Source: Planctomycetota bacterium
GTDB lineage: Bacteria; Planctomycetota; UBA1135; UBA2386
DNA: 64,000 bases
Reading direction: 5' to 3'
Assembly (NCBI GenBank): GCA_965228735.1
Contig: OZ245838.1
Location: 7,104,001-7,168,000 of the forward strand
The position numbers were made by a program, and so were the translations under genes. Positions 29,561-37,813 of the stretch are shown here, piece after piece (the first letter of the stretch is position 1; each line of letters starts with the position of its first letter). Under the pieces are notes generated by a model that saw nothing but the letters and a program-made list of their open reading frames with translations, had not been told where the DNA came from and made no database searches.

Positions 29561-29977
29561 TCACTTGCCCGGGTCGGTCGAGAAGAGCACCTCGAAGCGC
29601 GCGTCGCGCAGTTGCTCAGGCGTCATGTCCGGCGGCAGCTCGACCCGGAACTCGACCGGACCGCGATCGGGCAGGTCGACGACGATGGGGCGGGGGCCGT
29701 GCTCGTCGAGTCGGAGAACGTGCATGCCGGTGTCGAGCGTCCCGGTCCCGTCGTCGACGCGGATGCGGACCGGGACGTGCAGCACGTGCTGCACTGCCAC
29801 GTAGCTCGCCCCGGCGCAGGCCGCGAGCAGCGGCGTCAGCACCCAGATCGGCCATCGCGGCGAGCTGCGAGTGGCGGAGAATCGGGCGGTCATCGCCGCA
29901 GTCCGTGGCCGTTCGAACCAGTGCCGTGCAGCGACCCTGGTCAGCAGGTCGTCGAGCTCGCGGTCCTGCAGGGTCAT
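29561..29977 (-). CDS. Putative single-TM anti-sigma factor
   Basis: ATGA overlap with the upstream ECF gene; one TM. Confidence 0.65.
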   Translation of the reverse strand: MTLQDRELDDLLTRVAARHWFERPRTAAMTARFSATRSSPRWPIWVLTPLLAACAGASYVAVQHVLHVPVRIRVDDGTGTLDTGMHVLRLDEHGPRPIVVDLPDRGPVEFRVELPPDMTPEQLRDARFEVLFSTDPGK

Positions 29978-30630
29978 CGCTCGCCTCCGCCTCCGCCTTC
30001 GCCTCTGCCTTCGTCCCGGCCGAGCGCGCGCCGCAACTTCGCGCGCGCGCGCGAGAGCCGCGACTTCGCGGTCCCCTCGGCGATGCCGAGGATGGCCGCC
30101 GCGTCCTTGAGCGGGACGCCGTCGAGGCAGTGCAACGAGACGATCGCCTGCTGCGCGACGGGCAGCGCGTCGATCGCGATGCGCGTGTGCCGGAGTTCGT
30201 CGCTCTCGTCGAACGTGTGGTCGGGGTGCTCGTGCGCGGGGAACAGCGGCGCGAGCAGTCGCCGGGCCCGGCGCTCGAGTGCACGGCGCCGCAGCAGGCG
30301 GCACACGGTGTAGGTCGCGATGCCGAGCAGCCAGGACTCGACCGGGACGTCGCCGCGATACTGCGACCGACTGCGGAACGCGCGCAGGAAGACCTCGGCC
30401 GTGATCTCCTCGGTCTCGTCGCGGTCGGCGAGGCGGCGATACACGTGCGACGCGATGCGGCGGTAGCTGCGTTCGTAGATCGCGACGAAGCCGGCGATGT
30501 CCGTAGCGTCAGTTTCGCCGCTCTCCGTCCGGGGATCCGAGGCGCCGCGTTGGCTGGCGGGGCGCGAGCTGGTCGGCCTCGGGTCTGGCCAGGGGGCGCT
30601 CGGCATCGCGGAGTCGGACATCGTCACCAT
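29974..30630 (-). CDS. ECF sigma factor
   Basis: EEITAEVF, WLLGIA and EGTAKSRLSRAR; start uncertain. Confidence 0.88.
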   Translation of the reverse strand: MVTMSDSAMPSAPWPDPRPTSSRPASQRGASDPRTESGETDATDIAGFVAIYERSYRRIASHVYRRLADRDETEEITAEVFLRAFRSRSQYRGDVPVESWLLGIATYTVCRLLRRRALERRARRLLAPLFPAHEHPDHTFDESDELRHTRIAIDALPVAQQAIVSLHCLDGVPLKDAAAILGIAEGTAKSRLSRARAKLRRALGRDEGRGEGGGGGER

Positions 30631-30753
30631 ATGGTGTCACGGATCGCCGTCGGGTTCCGGGGGCGGGGGGATTTCCCTGCCCGGTCGAACCCGCGGGGCG
30701 CCGAGTCCGAATTGCCGTGGAACCTCGGGCCCTTCGGCGACACTTCACCCGTG

Positions 30754-32100
30754 ATGAACCACCGGTCCCGGCGCGTGTTCCTGACCCGTTTCGTTGCTGC
30801 CCTGCTCGCGTTGCCGATCGTGGGCCAGGACCCTGCCAGCGAGGAGGCGGGCAAGCCGTGGCGCGAGATGCTCGCCGCGAAGCCCGGCGCATGGGCTGCG
30901 CCCGCCGCCGAAGTCGTGTGGCGCACGGACCTGCGCGCAGCGCTGCGCGAGGCGGCGGCGGCCGATCGGCCGCTGTTCGTCACGCTGCGGTGTCTGCCGT
31001 GCAAGCAGTGTGCGTCGTTCGACCAGGACGTGCTCGAGGGCGGGCCCGAACTGACACCGCTGTTGCGGCAGTTCGTGACGGTTCGTCTGACGGATGCGAT
31101 GCAGATCGACCTCGCACGACTGCCGGTCGAAGGGTTTCAGGACTTCGACATGTCGTGGTGGGGTTGGTTCCTGTCGCCGGAGTCGCAGGTGTACGGCGTG
31201 TTCGGCGGCCGCGACGAGGTGTCCGACACGACGCGGATCAGCAGCGCGGCGCTCGCCGCGACGATGCGACGCGTCCTCGATCATCACCACACGCCCGGTC
31301 GCCGCGAGTGGAACGTCGACGGGCCGGCTGTCGCGGACGATGTGGCCCCGACCTCGCCGGGTCAGTTGCCGGGTTACGAGTCGTGGCGGCGGCAGTCGCT
31401 CGAGGCGCCGAAGCAATCGTGTCTCCATTGCCACCAGGTCGCCGAGATCCTGCGGCAGCCGGCAATCGATGCCGACGAGTTCGACAAGGCGGCGCTCGCG
31501 CCGTGGCCGCTGCCCGAGAACGTCGGGCTGAAGGTCGACCGCGACGACGGTCTGCTCGTGACCGAGGTGCAGGAGGGTTCGCCCGCGGCGCGGATCGGTG
31601 TCGCGGCCGGTGATCGACTCGCCGTGGCGGATGGCCGTCGACTGTTCGGTCAGGCTGACCTGCGCGCGGCGTTGCATCGCCACGAAGAACCCGACCCGCG
31701 CATCGGGCTCGGGTGGCGGCGCGGCGACGAGTTCCTGACCGGATCCCTGACGCTGACGGGAGAGTGGCGCAAGACCGTGCTCGACTGGCGGATGTCGGTA
31801 TCGCAGGGCAACCTCGGCGTGGGGCCCGGGTTCTTCCCGCTGCGGGCGCGAGGGGGCGGCGGCGACGGCATGGCGATCCGGCCGTTCTTCGGCCGCGACG
31901 TGCACCGCAGCGCGTCGCATGCGGCCGGCTTGCGGCAGCATCACACGATCGTCGCGGTCGACGGCGAGCGTCGACGCATGAACGGACGGACGTTCCTCAC
32001 GTGGTTTCGGCTGCGCTACGGGCCGGGCGATACGGTCGTGTTCACGGTGCGCGAGGGCAACGCCGAGCGCGATGTGCGCGTCGTGTTGAGGAAGCCGTGA
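30754..32100 (+). CDS. Thioredoxin-fold (Trx7)/PDZ domain protein, Cys form
   Basis: SRRVFL Tat-like motif; RCLPCKQC; CLHCH; two PDZ-like regions (GSPAARIGVAAGD, AAGLRQHHTIVAVDG). Confidence 0.82.
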   Translation: MNHRSRRVFLTRFVAALLALPIVGQDPASEEAGKPWREMLAAKPGAWAAPAAEVVWRTDLRAALREAAAADRPLFVTLRCLPCKQCASFDQDVLEGGPELTPLLRQFVTVRLTDAMQIDLARLPVEGFQDFDMSWWGWFLSPESQVYGVFGGRDEVSDTTRISSAALAATMRRVLDHHHTPGRREWNVDGPAVADDVAPTSPGQLPGYESWRRQSLEAPKQSCLHCHQVAEILRQPAIDADEFDKAALAPWPLPENVGLKVDRDDGLLVTEVQEGSPAARIGVAAGDRLAVADGRRLFGQADLRAALHRHEEPDPRIGLGWRRGDEFLTGSLTLTGEWRKTVLDWRMSVSQGNLGVGPGFFPLRARGGGGDGMAIRPFFGRDVHRSASHAAGLRQHHTIVAVDGERRRMNGRTFLTWFRLRYGPGDTVVFTVREGNAERDVRVVLRKP

Positions 32101-32179
32101 TGCGGTCGGTCGTCGTCGGATGCGGGCACACAAGCTCCGTGTTGCGCCCGCCGAGATCGGTCGTGGCGGGCCGATCGGC

Positions 32180-32842
32180 TCAGCCGTTGGGCTGAGCGAC
32201 GGTCCGCAGGTAGGGCTTGATGGTCTTGAAGCCGGCGGGGAACCGCTTCTTGGCCTCTTCGTCGCTCACCGTCGGCGGGATGATGACGTCGTTGCCCTGC
32301 TGCCAGTTGACCGGCGTGGCGACTTTGTGCTTCTCGGTGAGCTGGATCGCGTCGAGGGCGCGCAGGATCTCCTGGAAGTTGCGGCCGACGCTCATCGGAT
32401 ACGTCATCGTGAGCTTGAGCTTCTTGTCGGGACCGATGATGAACACCGTGCGCACGGTCGCGTTGGTCGCCGCCGTCCGGCCTTCGCTGGTGCCGGATTC
32501 ATCCGCCGGCAACATGTTGTAGAGCTTGGCGACGTTCAGGTCGGTGTCGCCGATCATCGGATAGCCGGGCAGGGCACCCTGGGTCTCCTCGATGTCCTTG
32601 GCCCACGCGTCGTGCTGATCGACGGGATCGATGCTCAGGCCGATCAGCTTGCAGTTGCGCTGCGCGAACTCGCCTTCCAGCCTGGCCGCGGCGCCCAGTT
32701 CGGTCGTGCAGACCGGCGTGAAGTCCTTGGGGTGGGAGAACAGGATGCAGTAGCTGTCGCCGATCCAGTCGTGGAAGCGGATCTCGCCCTGGGTGGTCTG
32801 GGCTGCGAAGTCGGGGACGGTGTCTTGGATGCGGAGGCTCAT
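32180..32842 (-). CDS. 1-Cys peroxiredoxin (Prx6 family)
   Basis: FSHPKDFTPVCTTE, YPMSVGRNF and ATPVNW motifs. Confidence 0.95.
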   Translation of the reverse strand: MSLRIQDTVPDFAAQTTQGEIRFHDWIGDSYCILFSHPKDFTPVCTTELGAAARLEGEFAQRNCKLIGLSIDPVDQHDAWAKDIEETQGALPGYPMIGDTDLNVAKLYNMLPADESGTSEGRTAATNATVRTVFIIGPDKKLKLTMTYPMSVGRNFQEILRALDAIQLTEKHKVATPVNWQQGNDVIIPPTVSDEEAKKRFPAGFKTIKPYLRTVAQPNG

Positions 32843-33118
32843 GGCAATCGGAAGGGCTCGGGGAGGACGCGACCGGGGGGTGGGTCGCCGTCGGCGGACG
32901 TCGGATGATCCCGGTTCCGGCACCAGAAACAAAGGGACTCTCGCGTTGCGGATCAGCTCGGCGGGCAAGCGCGGCGGTGCGGTCGTCGAATCGGTGCGGT
33001 TGGCGGCCGGCGTTGGCCCCGGCGGCGCTCCGGTGCGGTAGAATCCCGCGACCGTCCCAGCCGTGGTTCCGGCCGTTCGTCGGATCACGTGGCGACGATT
33101 CGTCGAAGGAGATCGCTT

Positions 33119-34483
33119 ATGTCACTGCGTTTCGTGGTCCGTATCGCTCCCGCGTTGCTCGTCACCGCGCTCGCCGTTGCCCAGCGGCCGACCGTCGGGG
33201 CCGCGGCGCCGCCGATCGTCGCTGACGACTGGCTCAACTGGGAGGGCGATGGGCCGACGCTCGAGTCGCTGGCGGGGCGCGTCGTGCTGCTCGAGTTCTG
33301 GGGCACGTGGTGTGGTCCCTGCGTGCGCGCCATGCCGGGGATCCAGAAGCTCCATGATCGGTACGCCGATCGCGGACTCACGGTGCTCGCGATCTCCTAC
33401 GAACCCGCTGCCACGATGCGGCCGTTCCTGACCAAGAACGGCTACACGATGGCGGTCGGCTCCGACCCGGGGAAGCGAACGATCGCGGCCTATGGTGTGA
33501 GTGGCTGGCCGATGACGGTCGTGATCGACAAGCAGGGCAAGATCGCGCACGTCGGTTCGCCCTACGACGCCGAGGTCCAGGTCGAGAAGGCGCTGGGGCT
33601 CGAAGCCGGGCCGGCCGCGCTGCTGAATCTGTATCTCGACTCGGTGGCGGGCAGTGACGAGGCGGCGCAGCGCGACGCTCTCGAACGGCTCACCCAGAAG
33701 GCGACGAACGACTTCGATCTGCAGGCGTGGGCTCGGAGTCACACCGGGGTCGAGACCGTTGCCGACGGAGGTTCGGAGCCGAGTCCGCGTCAGGCCGGCG
33801 GCAGAGCAACTGGCAACGCCGGCGATGGAATCGCTGTTCTCGAGCGTTGCATCAAGTCCTGGACCGACGAATCACGACGTGCGTCGCTGCTGCAGCAGCT
33901 CGCGGATACCGGGCCCGCGAAGTTCGATCTCGCGAGCTTCGCACGCGACCGGTTCGCGGACGCCTACCCGTTCAAGGCGAGCGAGCTGAAGGCCATGCTC
34001 GAAGCCAAACGGTACTCGGGAGTGGTCGATGCGATCGCCGAGCGCAGACCTTCCTCGAAGGTGCTCGCGACGGCTGCCAAGCACCGCGACTTCGCCACGT
34101 TCTGCGAGGACAAGAGCGGGGCCGCCCGGACGATGGCCAAGAAGGGGCTCATGGCGCAGTGCTGGGTGTTCCCCGGCGCGTTGCCGGCGGACGAAGAGCT
34201 GAACGGCAAGTTCTTCGGCGAGCTCGCCATCAGCGGGATCGCGACCAGCAAGGACAAGAAGACGATCACGGGCATCATGCTCGGTGGTGAGCTCGTCAAG
34301 AGCGACGAGGTCGAACGCTTCATCGTGAGCCACCTCACGCAAGCGCTCTTGATGGAGAGTCTGGGGGCCGGCAAGGCGCCGAAGCTGGGCAGGCTCGACA
34401 AGCAGTTGGCGAAGGAGCGCAAGTCGATCGTGCGCGACCTCGAGAGCCGCTATGGCAAGCCGAGGTCGCGCGGCAAGGAGTAG
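33119..34483 (+). CDS. Exported TlpA-like thiol:disulfide oxidoreductase with long C-terminal extension
   Basis: EFWGTWCGPC and GWPMTVVIDKQG; signal peptide ending AVA-Q. Confidence 0.88.
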   Translation: MSLRFVVRIAPALLVTALAVAQRPTVGAAAPPIVADDWLNWEGDGPTLESLAGRVVLLEFWGTWCGPCVRAMPGIQKLHDRYADRGLTVLAISYEPAATMRPFLTKNGYTMAVGSDPGKRTIAAYGVSGWPMTVVIDKQGKIAHVGSPYDAEVQVEKALGLEAGPAALLNLYLDSVAGSDEAAQRDALERLTQKATNDFDLQAWARSHTGVETVADGGSEPSPRQAGGRATGNAGDGIAVLERCIKSWTDESRRASLLQQLADTGPAKFDLASFARDRFADAYPFKASELKAMLEAKRYSGVVDAIAERRPSSKVLATAAKHRDFATFCEDKSGAARTMAKKGLMAQCWVFPGALPADEELNGKFFGELAISGIATSKDKKTITGIMLGGELVKSDEVERFIVSHLTQALLMESLGAGKAPKLGRLDKQLAKERKSIVRDLESRYGKPRSRGKE

Positions 34484-34551
34484 GGCCGCGCGACCCTCGA
34501 TATCGAGGCGCGCAGCGAAGCGGACGAGCTCGTCGGTTGGCGTCGTCGCCG

Positions 34552-37500
34552 TCAGCGATGGCGCCGGATCAGATACCGTGATCCTGCGAGCAACTCGCGG
34601 TCGAGTCTCGTGACTTCGCCGGTCGACCAACGAATCTCGACGCCGGCGATGCGCTCGTATTCGCCGAGGCCGAACCACGCGATCGGCGCATCGAACGACA
34701 CGAAGCCGCCGCTGGCCTGGATCTCCCGGATCTGCTGCCGGGCGCCGTCAGGGCCGTAGCGGATGACGATCTTCGCGCCGATGCCGAAGTGGTTCCCACG
34801 CTCGTCCCGCAGTTCGAACGCAACGCTGCGATTGCCTGCGAGGTTGTTCCGATAGGTCAGCACGGGGCCGACCGCGGGCAGGGCAATGATGTCGAGGTCG
34901 CCGTCGTTGTCGAAGTCGACGTAGGTGTAGGAGCTCGTCGCCAGCAGCGAAGTCAGGCCGCTCGTCGCGGTGGTGTCGACGAAGCGTCGGCCGCCCTCGT
35001 TGCGGAAGAGCATGTTCGTCTCGCGCGTTCTCGTCGTGAACTCGCCGTTCACCACGAACAGGTCCTGCCATTCGTCGTTGTCGAGGTCCGCGAACTTCGC
35101 GTTCCAGGTCCAGCCGACAACCCCGAGCCCGAGTTCGCCGGCGACGTCGACGAACCCGCCGTTGCCGTTCGATCGGAGCAGTACGTTGTCGCCGGCGCGG
35201 GCCGGGATGCTGTCCTTTCGCTCGGCTTCCGTCTGTTCGACCCGCTCGCCGAAGACCAGGCCGCACGCGAAGCCGAACGGCTCCCAGTTGCCCCGAAACA
35301 GCTCGCACAGCTGCGGGTCGGGGTTCCAGTTGGTCGCGTGGTAGAGCAGGAACAGCGCGATGCTGTCCTCGCGGTACCGCGGGTCGATACTCGTCGTGAT
35401 CGTGAGATCCTGCTGCTTCGCGATGCGGAGAAGCTGCTCCTGCACGGCGAGGACGTGCCGGCAGTGCTCCCGATGCGCCGGCTCGATCATCTCGTCGGCG
35501 ATCGCGTCACCGATCGGAGTCAGCGTTGGGCCGCCGCTGCCGCTCCGGCCAGTGATCTGCCCGATGTACATCTCGGGAACGAGATCGTTGTCGAGGTCCG
35601 CCGTCGCGAACGACATCGTCGTCACCGTGGAGTGCGGGATCACGCCGTCGCCGCGACGGATTCGGCTGAGGCTGCCCGAGCCGTCGCCGCGGTAGAACGT
35701 GTCCGGCGGCCCGAAGTCGTTGGCCATCACGAGGTCCAGGTCGCCATCGTTGTCGAAGTCGGACAGCAGCGACGCAAGCGACTCGCCGACGGCGCCGGGC
35801 AGCAGGCGAACGTCGAACGCGCCACCGCCGTGGTTCATCAGCACGACGTTCCGGCTCGACGACAGACCGCCGACGGCGCCGCGCACCTGGCCGATCTGCC
35901 CGATCGACCAGTTCCCGACGGCGACGTCGAGGTCGCCGTCGCGATCCAGATCACCGAACGACATCGTGCCCGACATGATGGCGGTGTCGTGATTGGGCAG
36001 CTCGAACAGTCGCGTCGCATCGAACCGCCCGTCCTGGTTGTAGAGGACGAAGTTGCCGCGGCGATAGCAGCAGAACACGATGTCCAGCCAGCCGTCGTCG
36101 TCGAGGTCGACCAACGCCGCGTTCACGACGCGGCAGTCGCGCAGGTCCCCGAGGTCGATCGGTTGGCGTCGGAACCGCGCGCCGGCTTCGTTGCGATAGA
36201 GGGTCAGGCCACGGTCCGACGTGATCACGACGTCCGGCCAGCCGTCGTGGTGCACGTCGCCCGATGCGATCGCGCGGAAACGGTGCAGCGAGAGGAAGTT
36301 CGTGACGTCGAACGCGTAGGGCTCGTCGAACCCGAACATGTCGCCTTCCAGGCGCGTGAACTGCGGACCGAGCTCGCCGACGCGCGGCCGGAAGGCGGTT
36401 CGTTCGATGGTGATCCCCGGTCGGGTGACGTCGACGAGAGGTGCGCGAGCGAGCGGTTCGACGGGGCGGGCAGGAGGTGCGGGCGTGGCCTTCGCTTCGC
36501 GATAGCGCATCGGGCCGCGCGGTGCCGTCGTCTCGCCGAACGTCGCGAGGAACAGCTGATGCTGCTCCCGCAACTGCATCTTGTGGAAGCCCTCGGCGAG
36601 CACGCCGGCGATCACTCCGAGGCCCGCGAGAACGACGAACAGCACGACGGACAGCCGCCGAGAGATCCCGGTCCACACGATGGCCAGCGAGTAGATGCTG
36701 TAGATGCCGAGCGTGAACAGCAGGATGACCGCGTAGCGCATCGGCATCCCGGCCGCGAGCAGGATCGCCGTGACGAGGACGTCGAACGCGATCGGCACCG
36801 GGAGCGTGATCCCGATCAGCGCGACGACGAGCATGCTCGCGAGCACGCCGGTCATCGTGGTGTCCGGGATCAGTGTCGCGACCGAGCTCCACGGCACGAA
36901 CGTCACGAGCACCGCGCCGAGGAAACCGGCGAGCACCATGAGCGGAACGGTCGTCCTGCAGATGAACCAGAGGTTCTTCGCGTAGGAGCGGAGCAGCCAG
37001 GCGACCGCTGCTCCCCACCCGGGGCCGGCCAACGTGTTCGTGGGTGCGGTATCGAGCAGGTTGGTGGGGGAGCCGGAGGGGAGTGGTTGCCGGACGTCGC
37101 CGCCAAAAAGGCGCCCGAGCAGCGGCAGGACGACCAGGACGAAGCCGATCGTGAGCCCGAGCTTGATCGCCACGATGTAGCCCGGGAGCAACGCGAAGAG
37201 CATGCTCAACACGATGATGTTGAGCGTCGGCGAACTGAGCATCGCAGCGAGCGTGGTCTCGACGCGCGCGCCGCCAGCGTGCAGTCCGCGCGCGATCGGC
37301 GCCGCGCAGTTCACGCAGACGCCGAGCGGTGCACCGATCGCCATGCCGAGCGCGGAGTTCGCGAACCGACTCTCGAAGCTGCGCGTCTTCGACCGGGTGA
37401 GCAGCAACATCAGCGCTGCCGCGAACAGCAGGCCGAACGTCATCCCCTTCTTGTTCGTGTCGAGCCAGTTCACCGTCGTGAACAGGATCCGCTGCATCGC

Positions 37501-37668
37501 CGGGTCGTCCGGCTGAACTGTCAGGACCGTTTCGAACCCCAGCTCGTCGAGCTGCACGGTCCCGCCCATGAGGGCCTTCTCGTTGAGCTGCGGCACGCGG
37601 GACTGCGTCCAGAACGTGCCCGCGAGGCCGGCGATCAGCAGGATCGACAGGATCAGGCGCTTGTCCAT
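34552..37668 (-). CDS. DUF318/ArsP-like permease fused to FG-GAP repeats and ASPIC/UnbV (CRTAC1-like) domain
   Basis: About 9 TMs with PLGVCVNCAAP and SSPTLN; DxDxDGxLD repeats; GIGAKI..GGFVS..FGLG..IRWSTG. Confidence 0.85.
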   Translation of the reverse strand: MDKRLILSILLIAGLAGTFWTQSRVPQLNEKALMGGTVQLDELGFETVLTVQPDDPAMQRILFTTVNWLDTNKKGMTFGLLFAAALMLLLTRSKTRSFESRFANSALGMAIGAPLGVCVNCAAPIARGLHAGGARVETTLAAMLSSPTLNIIVLSMLFALLPGYIVAIKLGLTIGFVLVVLPLLGRLFGGDVRQPLPSGSPTNLLDTAPTNTLAGPGWGAAVAWLLRSYAKNLWFICRTTVPLMVLAGFLGAVLVTFVPWSSVATLIPDTTMTGVLASMLVVALIGITLPVPIAFDVLVTAILLAAGMPMRYAVILLFTLGIYSIYSLAIVWTGISRRLSVVLFVVLAGLGVIAGVLAEGFHKMQLREQHQLFLATFGETTAPRGPMRYREAKATPAPPARPVEPLARAPLVDVTRPGITIERTAFRPRVGELGPQFTRLEGDMFGFDEPYAFDVTNFLSLHRFRAIASGDVHHDGWPDVVITSDRGLTLYRNEAGARFRRQPIDLGDLRDCRVVNAALVDLDDDGWLDIVFCCYRRGNFVLYNQDGRFDATRLFELPNHDTAIMSGTMSFGDLDRDGDLDVAVGNWSIGQIGQVRGAVGGLSSSRNVVLMNHGGGAFDVRLLPGAVGESLASLLSDFDNDGDLDLVMANDFGPPDTFYRGDGSGSLSRIRRGDGVIPHSTVTTMSFATADLDNDLVPEMYIGQITGRSGSGGPTLTPIGDAIADEMIEPAHREHCRHVLAVQEQLLRIAKQQDLTITTSIDPRYREDSIALFLLYHATNWNPDPQLCELFRGNWEPFGFACGLVFGERVEQTEAERKDSIPARAGDNVLLRSNGNGGFVDVAGELGLGVVGWTWNAKFADLDNDEWQDLFVVNGEFTTRTRETNMLFRNEGGRRFVDTTATSGLTSLLATSSYTYVDFDNDGDLDIIALPAVGPVLTYRNNLAGNRSVAFELRDERGNHFGIGAKIVIRYGPDGARQQIREIQASGGFVSFDAPIAWFGLGEYERIAGVEIRWSTGEVTRLDRELLAGSRYLIRRHR

Positions 37669-37813
37669 CGAGGCGGCGACGTGCTTCCGGGAACGGCCCC
37701 GCCTGCCCGGTGCGAGGCGCTGCCGTCGGCCTCATCGGCAGGACGGGCGGTTCAGACGAGGCGGGTTCCCTGGCAACCGCGGCACCGGCGGCGCGTCGCC
37801 CGGTCCGGCAGCG

